Source: Takakia lepidozioides
Taxonomy: Eukaryota > Plantae > Bryophyta
Assembly: GCA_030704615.1 (NCBI GenBank)
Contig: CM060731.1
Location: forward strand, 54,560,001-54,624,000
Length of the DNA: 64,000 bases
Reading direction: 5' to 3'
The position numbers were made by a program, and so were the translations under genes. Shown one piece after another: positions 27,682 through 40,800 of this stretch. The notes under the pieces were generated by a model. The model had not been told where the DNA came from. It did no database searches and worked only from the letters and a program-made list of their open reading frames with translations. The first letter of the stretch is position 1. Each line of letters begins with the position of its first letter.

Positions 27682-30072
27682 GTATGAACCCATGCATCTT
27701 CAAATGAATTGCGTACCAGTAGTGTGTGAGCACACGGCCCGTGAGTTCCCATATTAGCCAATCGACTCTTCGACCAGTCATTTTGCCTTTCCCCATCCTC
27801 AGTCTAGCCTTCAAGTTTCCATGGTATGCCTCAATGCTAGCATTTGTGTCTTGACTGGCATGTGGAACATGGCGAGCAGCAGTACACCACATCAATTGCT
27901 ATTTTAGGAGACCATTCCTTGTCGATGTACTTTAAAAATTCCCGAGCATTGCGATATTTCTTTCTCATGTCCCTGATTGTTTTGGCAACCCAGAGAAGTG
28001 TTTTTTTGGGATCGCTTGGTCCACCTCTACAATACATGAGGTCTCTCATATCCTTCAACACGTTTGCTGCAGTGACGGGATCTTTGGTCTTCTGGCATGA
28101 TTGCTTTAGCCATGCCTTGCGGACATGCCAAAGGCACAGGAAAATAAGGACTCCTTTGAAAGCAACCTTGCACATAACACATCCACATCAGGCACTTCAG
28201 AGGGAATCCCCCCATTGTCGGTGGACACCAACCGAGTGTGCTGGAGACCTCCAACAGACTCCACACCAACCCCTAAACAGACTGGGTGGTAAGACACTGC
28301 CTGCGGGTCTGGTGGGCCGACTTCCCCTCCCAAGTCTGCTAGCAGACCCATGAAGCGTGCCAGCGGACTCGCCCCTGTGAGTCTTGTGGCGGACCGTCCG
28401 ACGAGTCTGCCAGCGGACTCGGCCCGTTGAGTGTACCAGCGGACTCGCCCATGCAAGTCTGCCAGCGGACTTGGTCCGTTGACTGCAAGCGAACTCGCCC
28501 ACACAAGTGTGCAGCGGACTCTCCAAGTCGAGTCTGCCAGCGGAATCGCGTATGCAAGTCTGCCAGGGTACTGGCGCAGGCGTGTCTGCCAGCTGAGTAG
28601 CCCAAAGCAGACTCCACACCTGCAACCCCTAAACAAACTTGGTCGCAAGACACTGCCTGCGGGTCTGGCGGGCCGACTTCCCCTCCCAAGTCTACCAGCA
28701 GACCCATGAAGCGTGCCAGTGGACTCGCCCCAGCGAGTCTTCTGGCGGACTCGGGCCATTGACTGTGCCAGCGGACTCGCCCACGCGAGTCTGCCAGCGG
28801 ACTCGGCCGGGCAAGTTTGCCAGTGGATTTGATCGGGCGAGTCGGGCTTGCCCACGCGAGTGTGCAACTGGACTCGCCCACACGTGTGTGCAGCGGACTT
28901 GGTCCAAGTCCAGTCTGCCAGCGGACTCGCGCATGCGTGTCTCTCAAGGAACTGTCGCAGGTGACTCTGCCAGAGACTCTGCCAAAGCAGACTATGACGA
29001 CAATTGCATGCCAGCGGACTTCGACAGTGGGTGTCTGTTGGGGTATAGAAGACTCACCTAATAGCGTTTATTTCAGCATCCGCATCATCGACAATGAAGG
29101 CATTGGGTCGCCAGGTCGGCATATCTGCGTGGAGTCGGTCATGCAAGGCTGTCATCCACGGCACCAGGTCTGTTGTCCTATTCCTGGCGGATATGATGTA
29201 TGCAACTGGTATACCGTTCAGCCACTCGTCAAAAACCATCATCATGTACAATGGGAACTGTTCAGATGCACTATGTCACTATGTCAGTTGGTTCCAATGT
29301 GCAACATCCTACGAACAATTGATGCGCAGAAATGGTAAGAGGGATGAATCGTACCTTGTGGTGATTTGTCCCGAAGGTTGCATCGCATGCAACAATACGC
29401 GCATGTCCAACTGAAGCATTCTCTGCTTCTGCCACTCAGTTTGAATGCCAATAGTGAGTGTCAAATCTCCATCATAATGCGCGAAGGTTGGCGCCAGTAT
29501 TTCTTCTCGATAGAAGAAGACTGATGCGGGGTTCAGGTCTTTCCATATACGGACGCTGTCGGCATCGTTGGCATGCTTTTTGAACATTTGCCATGCCCGT
29601 TTCTCAGCCAAGTTGCGGACATCTTGCTCGAGGAGGAAATCATCACGTGTCCATGCATCTCCCAAACCTATGTTGTTCATGACGTGCTCCTTGTGTTCCA
29701 TCATGATTTGTGCGACCGTGAGGCCTCGGTACAAACACTCAACGACCAAGGTTTTCAATTCCTCGCTAATGCAGGGTGCATAGGCCGCTCATGTGTTCCT
29801 GAACTCTGCGGTCTTGCCATGGGAGGGTTTCCCTAGGGCATCCACGTGCTCCATGTTGTTGTAGTATGTGAGGACACAAATGTCCGGGGCAAGATTGCTG
29901 CACTTTGAAACAACAAAGGCACCCGCGCTTGTACGACTCTCCGTAGTCCGACTTCTTCCTTCTTGGGCCTTTATGCGGGTGTTTAGTGCCAGCACCCACA
30001 TCCGGACCTCCACGCGTTTGTTTTGGATCCTCGACAGTTGCATTGACCGTGCGCTTGTCGTCGGGTCCGTAG
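27682..30072 (-). pseudogene. MULE-superfamily DDE transposase core (SWIM-finger family-like), intron-containing, frameshifted
   Basis: YGPDD...KRGCLCCF...HVDALGKPSHG...YAPCISEEL...IGIQTEWQ; D1 ACDATFGTN (after a frameshift); D2 NGIPVAYII...FIVDDADAE; CxxH (CLWHVRKAW); E in DTNASIEAYHGNLK; RVDWLI. Confidence 0.85.
28255..29025. repeat. Intronic repeat block: ~125-bp direct duplication plus many GTCTGCCAGCGGACTCG-type motifs
   Basis: About 28255-28377 is repeated at about 28608-28710+; CAGCGGACT/CAGTGGACT recurs well over ten times. Confidence 0.85.
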
Positions 30073-33000
30073 ACCAGAGTGGTCTAGAACCAGTGGATCT
30101 TGACTCAGCAGTGGTTAAAGACATGACGTGTCCGAAGTGGTTAAAGATAGTGGTTACGATACTTGCCTCCGAGTCCAGCTGTTCGCTTACATGTCACAGT
30201 GGTAAACTAACCACTTCAGAATATAGACCACTTCCACCGTATGTGACGTGGACGCAGCAACTCCGTCGATCATACTTAGCAATGGACGGACACGTGTCCG
30301 TATCCATATGGACACGTAGACGAATCCGGTTACACGGTTATGTTGACCATGATCTGAACACGTGGCGATATTGCAAATTAGCACGTGCCCTATTTTAGGG
30401 ATGCGCTAAAAAATGCAATGACTACACAAACAACTCTGTGAGTGAACATTGAATAACAAGAATAGTCATGAAACGAGAATAAACAATGTATATTATCACT
30501 TATTGAGTGGTTCTACCAGTATTGCAATAGTGGTTAGGATGTGTGGTAAAACCACTTTCTGAGTGGTTCTAACAGTATTGAGGTAGTGGTTAGGTTGTGT
30601 GATAAGACCACCTACTGAGTGGTTGTAGCATTATTGCAGTAGTGGTTACTTTGTGTGCTAAAACCATGGACTGAGTGGTTGTACCAGTATTGATGTAGTG
30701 GTTAGGTTGTGTGCTAAAACCACTCACTGTGTCCGTAAGGGACCATATATTGGAATTATTACTGCCAGAGTGGTATGTTAGTGGTTAGGGTTGCATCTGG
30801 AGGTGTACAACCACTCGTGCCTACTGTGACAGTCTCACATATACCACTAACAGAGTGGTGTGCAAGTGATTCATACATTCTCATACAATTCCCATACATT
30901 CCAAGCGAATATGCATACCCAAATACTCTTGAAGATTCACCATTCAAAAAACACAATAGAATCCAAGAGAGAAAGTGCTGGAACAGAGTCAACAGAATCC
31001 AACCATGATAAAGGGTGACATACTACATCTACACTACGTCTCCGCAAGCATGTTAAAAGCCATGAACTACTTTCCTGCCTTTTCCTCACTGCCATCAATG
31101 TTTATGCCCGGGCGAACCATAATTCTAACCCCTCCTCAGGTTCTTCTCTGGCCAAAGGGTGTTCCTACCAAGGACGTGGTCCAACTCGGTTTGCGGTGGG
31201 TCATCTTCCTCATTAGGATGAGGCAACACACAATGTGAAACATGGACATACTCGACCTCAACACAGTACATGCCTTCAGGAATAACTCGACAGTGATATG
31301 TGTCTTTGCCAGGCACACCAGTGACAACTCCAGTGCCGACCCTAGGATCATACAGGTGGACTTTGTCCTTCATCTTAAACTGCACCCAACACCCACCACA
31401 AAATGCATATGAATCAACCCATGAAGACATACATGTACTGATGGTATTGAAAGCTAGAGAATGAGGAACGCCAACTACAATTAAAAACTGAAAGAGTACA
31501 GTACTTTTGGTAGCATAAGTGGATCTGTGAGAGTGGCGGGGGGTTGAATTGTGGGGGTTGGCTTTGATGCAGGCGCAATTGGTGCAGTGCATGTGGAAGT
31601 ATGAAGAGCAGTTTTCTCAGCCTGCAAACATCACCCCCCAACACCCCTTAGAACTCTAAAGTCTTGTAAATGTCACAGCCATGTACCCAACATGGCTAAA
31701 TGACCACATTGTACAACAAACGTAGCCAACATGGAAGGCTTATAGGTGCTCACCTCTAGTACGGGGATTACAGCAGGACCAGGTGCCTCCTCAAGGCCCA
31801 CCTGATCCTTACTCCCGCTAGATACTGGTGTTATGTCGCCAATTGCATCAGCCATTTTGAAACTGTCTTTGGCAGCAGTGGCTCTGGTCACACGTTCAGC
31901 TTTTCGTGTTTGTTTCTTTTCAGCTCCATTCACGACGGCTGGGGCAGGCTCCTCAGCTTTTCTCCTCTATTTACATGCCAGAAACAACATGGTATAGTAG
32001 GAGGTACCTCTTTCTGTGGGGAAGTTGCCTGGTGAGGAATTGGTACATTCTTGTCTGCCAACACCCTACTGTCACCCTTACCAGCACTGTCAATGGAGCA
32101 GACGTAATCACCAGCAGCTAGTGCTATCCCACCTCCACCGCCCTTCTTGCGTGGCAATTTTTCAGGAGCCCCCTTGCGCCCCACCCGTACAGTAGTGATT
32201 ACAGGGTCCTCAACCGCTGAATGTGGCTTTTCCCCAACTTGTGGAGCTTCTTTCTACACCTGAGCAAAACACGACAACTCATCTCAAACTCAAGAAACAC
32301 TTTAGAGACGCCAAAAAAAAAACGTGGGGTGAAGAATAATGTAACCCACCTCTTGCACAAAAGTATTGCCTTCCAAGCCTGCATCATCATCCACTGGTGC
32401 AATTAAAGGACATGTTGGGATAGCAATTGGAGGAGGGGTGGGCGTTGATATTCCCACCATCAATGCCATCAATGCATCTAGTTTTCTGGCATTATCTTGG
32501 AAGCCTTAGCCACTTCAGCTTTTATAGTGGCCAATGCGCCCTCAATCGTGGGGATCTGGGTTTTTGACAAGGCAACCACACTACCCTCAAGATGGGATAG
32601 TCAAGCCTGCATCGCACTCCCTCCTCCCTACAGACCCAAACAACATAGAGATAATGAGTTTGTATGGTCTGTCTGCTGATGCAAGAAATCTAAGTAGTGA
32701 CAAAGTAAGGCCGCACGACATTTACCTCTAGGTCATGACATGACTGGAAGCCATATCCTTTGTGCCAGCTCAGTCAAGCTTGGACTGCTTGCTCGGTCTT
32801 TCTTCTGCCAGTGCCACAACAAAAACAAGTAAGCCCCTACTCATGAAATCATTTCCAAGTTTATAGAGTCAAGACTGTACCACCACTTTGCAACAAACTC
32901 ACAGGGCGCCTTTACTGTCCTACTCCATGCACATAGACCATGTAAATATGCATACACATATACATATACTAATACATGTGGTGCAAGTATTCATATTACC

Positions 33001-34540
33001 AAGCGCCTTGCCTGTCCAGCCATCCCTGCTCTTCCAACCCTCGATGGGTTGGTAACACTGGATCGTGCTCTCTTCATGTTCTCACTCTCTTTCTGCCCCT
33101 TGGGGGACTCCCAATACTTCACCAATGCATCCCAATGGGTGGACTCTACACTCGGAGGGCATGAACCTCCAGCCTTCCACCCCAACCTCAGTTTTTGGCG
33201 GTACACTTTTACAATCCTCCCACATGCTGCATGGAACTTGGATACGCTCATAGGTTCAGGATTGTACTCAAAATCCTTGTCCATGGCTTCCTTAACCTTG
33301 GCCATGTCACTGGGTTCTTGCTTGTCTGCTAGCAAAATGCTAGGATCAAGATATCTGATGCGCAGTCCCCGCAAGGAGCTCTGCCAGTAATCCTTTCCCT
33401 CACACCCCTGGTCTACTGCCCCCTTAGAGTTTAGTTGTACCTTGTGCGCCTTCAGCCCAACGGCCTTTCGGGATTTGGCATTAGTTTCTTGTGCCTTTGA
33501 AGCTTGCCTCTTTGCACGTTTTTTGTCTGCAGCCTCAGGATGCACATCCCCTTGTTGTGTGGAATCGTGATCATCACCATGAGGGGGTGTGAATGGAGGA
33601 GGACCACCATTAAAAGGGGGGCCTGCCACCACCAGCAGTGGGACAAGGAGGTGCCCAAGTTTGGGCAGCTCCTTGTACCCATGCTCCATTACCTCCGGAA
33701 TTGGACCCACCTGGTATCCATGACCATGAATTGGTTGTGGGTAGTGGGGCCATGGGCTGCTGCCAGGTAGGTGGTCCTTGCTGCAGCCACGTTTGCCCGC
33801 CTGTGGACTGTACCCATGGCCCATTCAGGGCTTGTTGCACCCATGTCGTAGGTGGACCAGCAGCAGTAGCCACAGCCTGAGGTCCCCCTTCCTTTGCACG
33901 CTTTGATGCAGCCTAACACAAGCCCCTCCACCCCACAAAGTTGGAACTTAAGGAAAAAAAAAAATGGCGTGGCAAAAGTTGAACCTGCATGCTAGCAATG
34001 AACGCATACAGACCTTGGCCCAAAGTGCCTTAAAATGTTTGGCATCCGATGTTGTGAATGCATGGAACGTCATGCTCTGGCAACCTTGCAATGACCCACA
34101 TCCATTTCCATATTAAAAAATGTACACTGCCTGGTCCAAAATACCTTCCCTCATGCATTCAGGGCTGATGAGAGGGAAAAGTAGCCTGAATTTAAACTCG
34201 GTGGGGGTAAGCCTATGTGTATCCACTGTCGTAATTGAAAAACCCTTGACAAAACCAAGCTATATTGCAGCTGACTCCCTCCCTCTCTCTGAAAATCTAA
34301 ATTGTCCGGGGTTTTCTAAGCAGACAGACCCTCTCGTCAAATCTACCAAGGGAATTATGCCTGTACCTTTGTTGACCAAACAATGTGGGCGCGGGTCGAT
34401 GGGCACGACAAACAATGGCAAACAACATCTTGGGAGTACACTCATTCTTACAGGTACAATTTCATGTTGATAGATCTGAGAAGAAAGTCTCGTTGCTTAG
34501 AAAAACCCCTTTCACTGAACCTTCACTGAATCAATAAGTT

Positions 34541-36150
34541 GAAGAAGAAGGTGCCATCACCACCACCCAACCTGCTAACTTCCAAAAATTCGACATACAG
34601 TTGACAGGGCTGAGTCTGATGAGAGGGCAAAACAGGCTCCAATACGTCAAAGAAGAAGGTGCCCTCACCACCACCCAACCTGCTTACTTACAGAATTCAA
34701 CATGCATTCAGGGCCGAGTCTCATGACAGGGCAAAACAGACGGCAATAGGTAGAAGAAGAAGGTGCCCTCACCACCACCCAACCAGCTACCTTATAGAAT
34801 TCAACATGCATTCAGGGCCGAGTCTGATGACAGGGCAAAACAAGCTGCAATATGTCAAGGAAGAAGGTACCACCACCCAACCAGCTAACTTACAGAATTC
34901 AACATGCATTCAGGGCCGAGTCTGATGACAGGGCAAAACAGGCTTCAATAGGTCAAAGAAGAAGGTGCCCTCACCACCACCCAGCCAGCTAACTTGCAGA
35001 ATTCAACATGCATTTGACAGGGCCGAGTTTGATGAGAGGGCAAAACATAACGAGAATACGTCAAAGAAGAAGGTGCCCTCACCACCACCCAACCAGCTTA
35101 CTTCAGAATTCAACATGCATTCAAGGCTGAGTCTGATGAGAGGGCAAACCATGCAACAGTAGGTCAAAGAAGAAGGTGCCCTCACCACCATGGAACCAGC
35201 TAACTTCAGAATGGCAACATGCATTCAGGGCCGAGTCTGATGAGAGGGCAAAATAGGCTACAATAAGTTAAAGAAGAAGTTGCCCCCACCACCACCCAAC
35301 CTGCTAACTTACAGAATTCAACATGCACTCAAGGTTGAGTCTGATGAGAGGGAAAAACAGGCAACAGTATGTCAAAGAAGAAGGTGCCCTCACCACCACC
35401 CAGAATGCTAACTTCAGAAAATTCAACATGCATTCAGGGCCGAGTCTTATGAGAGGGAAAAATAGGCTGTAATATGTCAAAGAAGAAGCTGCCCTCACCA
35501 CCACCCAACCAGCCAGCCTCAGAATTCAACATGCATTCAGGGCCGAGTCTGATGACAGGGCAAAACATGCTGCTATAGATCAAAGAAGAAGGTGCCCTCA
35601 CCACCACCCAACCACCTAACTTCAGAATTCATCATGCGTTCAGAGTCGAGTCTGATGAGAGGGCAAAACAGGCTGCAATAGGTTGAAGAAGAAGGTGCCC
35701 TCACCACCACTCAACCAGCTAACTTACAGAATTCAACATGCATTCAGGGACAAGTCTGATAACAGGGCAAAAAGGTTGCAATAGGTCAAAGAAGAAGGTG
35801 CCCTCACCACCACCCAACCAGCTAACTTTAGGGTTTAACATGCATTCAGGGCTGAGTCTGATGAGAGGGCAAAATAGGCTGCAATAGGTTGAAGAAGAAG
35901 GTGCCCTCACCACCACTCAACCAGCTAACTTACAGAATTCAACATGCATTCAGGGACAAGTCTGATGACAGGGCAAAACAGGTTGCAATAGGTCAAAGAA
36001 GAAGGTGCCCTCACCACCACCCAACCAACTAACTTTAGGGTTTAACATGCATTCAGGGCTGAGTCTGATGAGAGGGCAAAACAGCCTGCAATAGGTTGAA
36101 GAAGAAGGTGCCCTCACCACCACCCAACTAGCGTACTTACATAATTAAAC
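34541..36150. repeat. Tandem array, ~104-bp unit, ~15 copies, inside the CACTA element (intron of ORF2)
   Basis: Unit AAGAAGAAGGTGCCCTCACCACCACCCAACCAGCTAACTTACAGAATTCAACATGCATTCAGGGCCGAGTCTGATGAGAGGGCAAAACAGGCTGCAATAGGTCA recurs every ~104 bp. Confidence 0.95.
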
Positions 36151-36203
36151 ATGATAAAAAACTAGGTTTGTAAGACTCGTAGGAAAGGTAATGTGACTTA
36201 CCT

Positions 36204-36205
<2 letters not shown>

Positions 36206-36248
<43 letters not shown>

Positions 36249-36304
36249 GAGAGAGAAAGAGAGAAAGAGAGAGAGGGAGAGAGAGAGAGAGAGAGAAGAG
36301 AGAG
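36206..36304. repeat. Long imperfect (GA)n microsatellite
   Basis: Direct reading; ~100 bp. Confidence 0.95.
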
Positions 36305-37847
36305 GTCTTAGGGATCCCACCGCCATCTTGTTAGCCTCCTTAGTGGGGGTGGTAGTCCTAGCAGGCCGCTTGGCAGGAGTCATTTGTGGACGAGCTGGCT
36401 CAAGCTTGTTAGCATTGTCCACGTCCTCCTCCTCCGCGCTCTCGCTCTCTGGTGAGTAGTCTGCACTATGAGTCGCAGCACTATCCTCCTTTGAGTTCTT
36501 CTCCAAGTCACTCGACTCCTTCTCCCCCACACCCATGTGAACAGGAGTATTTGCACTCAAACGACTACTTCTTTGCAATGGGCCATTCCACACATAACGG
36601 GCTTTTCGCGAGGCGCACTCTTTCTCTCCACAATAGGAACTCGGAGAACAATCGCGAGAGGGAGTTAGTAGTGTGTAAAAGCGACTTATGCAAAAAACCT
36701 GAGAGACTGTGTGTCTGAGTAGAGAAAAAGTGAGAGACATGTCGCGATGTTGTCCATGTCCCGGGTTGCATCGGACGGTCCACGTCCATCCAGTGGCGGA
36801 GATGGGATGTGGACATGTCGTTTTTTTTCAAAATAAAAACTAGGGTATAAAGTAACCACTACCTTAGTGTCCATAACAACTGCTGATTGCTGACATGGCA
36901 GTCAATGAGGGGCTATTGTAATCTAGGGACGTCGTTTATGTAACACCAGCGAGTTTGGCCCATCGCAACGCAGGGGAGGTTACGTTGGGCCAGGAACGAG
37001 GGGGAGCGCAATGCAAGTGTTACTTGAGCAAATGAGGAGTTGAGAATGTGAGCCAAACAATGAAGGAGGAGGGGAGCACTGCATGTAGAGTAGTGGAGCA
37101 TGGAGACTGCATTGACTTACCCAGGACTGCCCTTCTGTTGCCATTGTAACAACCAGGCTTTGTTCTCGGCTATTCTTTGGGCACAGAAGGCTTCGTATGC
37201 GAGCATCCCATCCTCTTCTCCTGGGGTAAGTGACTCATCTTCTCCCCCACCATTAGCTTCAGCAACGTCTCTTGCCAAATTGCCTCCAGTGTAATTGTTA
37301 TTCTTGTGTTTTGGGCTGCGTTCATTATCTGTCATAGAAGGATTCTCGGCCTTTTGCAAAATTGGGAAGAGAGAGTATAGTACTACACCCTACAATGTCA
37401 ACATTCACATTGATTGATGGCTTAGGCTGTAGATACAAGCACATGACAACAAATTGGCTGACGCTTGATGCCAAGAAGAGATGCAACGAATGGGCTGGGC
37501 TGCTGCTCACCACCTTAAAGATATCCAATCTTAAAGCACTATACCTTGTAGCTAGAAGTAGGGTCTGCTAGCTCATTAAATGAGTGGTTAAATCCGCTCC
37601 AAATATTACTAGGAAGGTGGTTTATGGATGACAACAGTCATGTTTTTCCATTTTTTGCACTGTCATAGTCATACTCACTCTTTGTGTAGTTGTAAAGTAG
37701 AATGATGACCTCTGAAACAATCACTCACAAAGTGGTTTTTTACAAGTCTGTGAGTAGTGACAGTAGGTTGTTGTAAGTCCTTCTTAGGGACTTAGTCTAT
37801 TAATCCTGATTCTCCTCCTCATACCAGGCAAGGAATTCCTTAGCATC

Positions 37848-40800
37848 ATGGAGCCTGACAGAGCGGCTGCCCACCTGCTCCGGTGTTGAGAGCGTGACGA
37901 TGCTCTTTGGCAACGTGAAGAGGCCTGCTGTCGAGAGTGTGGTATCAACAAGTGCACATGCCCTTGCAGGAAGTGTAAGGGTGGAGGACGACCTGTCGCG
38001 TTAGACAGAGTGAGAAAACATCTAATGGAGATTGGCAGATCCCCTACGTTCAGATCCTAGAGAGGAGCAAGGAGGCATGCTTCTGACAATGAATGGGAAA
38101 AGGAGACGGTACCATGGACGTCGGTCAAGACGTAGCTTCAGCAAATGGAGGGATTAATCGAGATCGTGTTGCTGGAATCGTAGGACAGCCTCACCGGACA
38201 CATGGAGAACTGGACATGAATGTTGAGGTGCAGCGCATGATCCAAGAGACTTTCAGATCATAGACACACCTGAAATTGCAAATGGGGCAGAAGTGGAGTT
38301 AGATGATATAGATATTCAATGTACAAACACCCCACCAGAAGCCCATGACCCGGTTGCGGGTGGGGACTCTCATACTGATGATCCCATCTCATTGGAAGAG
38401 GCATGTCTACCTTTATATGAAGGCTATAAATCCTCTAAGCTTGCAGCCACCATGCTTATAATGAATCTATGCGCAACACACGGGGTTACAAATGGCTTTG
38501 CGGATGAAATGTTCTCTTTGCTGCAGAAAACCTTGTTGCCACAACCAAACGTACTACCCACATCTTTCTACCATGCATAGACCATGGTGAGCAAGCTTGG
38601 GCTTGCTTATGAGAAGATCGATGCTTGCCCAAAGGGGTGTGTGTTGTTTAGGGGAACTTGAAAACTTCAGAGAGGTGCCCCGAGTGTCAAAGCGCTCGAT
38701 TAAAAAATGTGGGGAAATCCAAGGTACCTGTTAAGGTGCTTCGACATTTTCCATTGATACCACGCCTTTTGCGTATGTATAGATGCTCTTCTATTGCAAA
38801 ATTAATGACTAGCACAGTCGGAATGCAAGCAACAATGGCCTTGTGCACAATGCAACTGATTCAAAGGCTTGGAAATACATTGATGCTACTTGGCCCGACT
38901 TTGCAGCAGAGCCTCTCAATGTAAGGCTTGGTTTTTCCTTCGATGGAGTCAACCCGTTTGGTGATAAGAACAATTGCTGGTCAACATGGCCAGTGTTGAC
39001 GCTGGTATACAACCTACCTCCGTGGCTCACTACAAAGAAGTTCTTTGTCATGCTTACTCTCTTGATTCCAGGAAAGCAATCAGTTACAAGTGAGCACATA
39101 GATGTGTACTTAGCACCATTGATGGAGGAGTTACTTGTTTTGTGGAGGGGGGTTCGGGCATATGACATATGCAAACCTGTTGGTGCGAGAACCTTCATAC
39201 TACGCGCCATACTACTGTGGAGCATCCACGATTTTCCTGCTTATGGCCTACTTGCAGGATGTGTCACAAAAGGCTATAAAGGGTGTCCACTATGCGGTCC
39301 TCATATAAATGCAAGACACTCTAAAGTTCAGGGCAAAACTATCTATCAAGGTCACCGCAGGCTCCTCCCTTAGGCCCATCCATACCGCAGGAACCGCATA
39401 CACTTCAATGAACAGGTGGAGATGCGTGTGAAGCCACCTCCATTCACACCGGTTGAACAAGATGCCGCTGGGGTTGAGGCTGAAGGTTATGACCTTGACC
39501 CCCGTGCTTTTCTTGATGCTGAAGTTCATCCAACCAAGGTTCATGGTATCAAAAGGCGCAGCTGCCTATGGGATTTACCATACTGGAAGGTACCCCCTGC
39601 ACTTGTACTTGTTTGAGTTCAATGTTCTTTGTAAATGGAAAAGGTAGTGCCCCTGTAGTGGTTACTTCTTACTTTCCGAATGGTAAAGTAGCAGTACTGC
39701 ATGTAATTTGGACTTCACATTAATAACTCGTGGAATGGTAAGAGGTACTATCCATAATGCTTAGGAAGTTGTTGACATCACTTGAGAGGCTAATAATGCA
39801 CTAAATGAGTTGTTTGAACCACTGAGGAGGACTGTCATGCATCACAACCACTTTAGACATGGAAGTATATAATGTTCATAAAAGAATTTGATTTGTATAG
39901 GACTGCAATCTGTCGGAATGTTCCTGAAATGGTGTCACCAATTGCAGGATCTGTTGCAACGCTACTTACTGGATCCCATGAATTGCGAAAAGATTTTTTG
40001 TGAAAACTTGTTGAAGACGATTTTCGGACGGAAGGACATGGTGAAGGTAAGGAATGACATGGAGGTAATCGGCATCAGATGTTACTTGTACCTTTGGCCT
40101 GATCCACAGAACCCTTCACGTATCATGAAACCAGCAGCACCGTATGTTCTCACTCCCGCTGAAATCACGATATTTCTTGATATTTTGGGGGCAATCAAAA
40201 GTCCTTCGGGATTTGCAGGTGCATTTCAGAAACACATACACCTGTCTAAGAAACGTTTGACGAGTATGAAGTCCCATGATTATCACATTTTAATGCAACA
40301 GATTTTACCTATGTGTATTCGCCATTGCATGGCTCCAGGCCCACGTGGGGTCATTATGCGTGTGAGTCGCATTTTCCATCGGATTTGTGCCAAAGTATGG
40401 GACCCTAATGAAATAGATTCATTGTGTGAGGATGTTGCTATAACCTTGTGTCTGTTAGAGAAAGAGTTCCCCCCTTCTTTCTTTGATGTCATGACCCATT
40501 TGCTAGTTCATCTCGTAGATGAACTAGACACATGTGGTCCGGTGTCTTCACGGTGGATGTATCCCATGGAGCGTTACATGAAAGATCTCAAGGGATACGT
40601 TAGGAATTACGCAAAGCCAGAAGGGAGTATGGCTGCAGGGTATGTTCTTGATGAGTCTATGGGGTTCATGAGTGAGTATATGCAATCATTTGATGCAACT
40701 CAACGGCGGATTTGGGATGCAAATGCGGATGAAGGGGTTGAGAACGAGGTCTTGGAAGGTGTCGGTAAAAAGCGGGACATGAGTGGAGCTGAGAGAGATG

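Larger units (their letters stand above)
31125..37335 (-). pseudogene. CACTA ORF2 (TnpA / Ptta-En/Spm-like), multi-exon
   Basis: 32991-33500: CPPSVESTHWDALVKYWESPKGQKESENMKRAR...SRVG (Ptta/En/Spm pattern). 31125-31380: GTGVV...YHCRVIPEGMYCVEVEYV...LPHP...LW (Tnp1-like C-terminal domain). Upstream exons at ~36202-36536 (donor CAAG|GTAAGT) and ~37121-37335. Confidence 0.7.

Noticed and set aside
34541-36150. CRISPR array
   Set aside because: Whole units are repeated with no unique spacers, there are no cas genes, and the context is eukaryotic. The same applies to 6442-6970.
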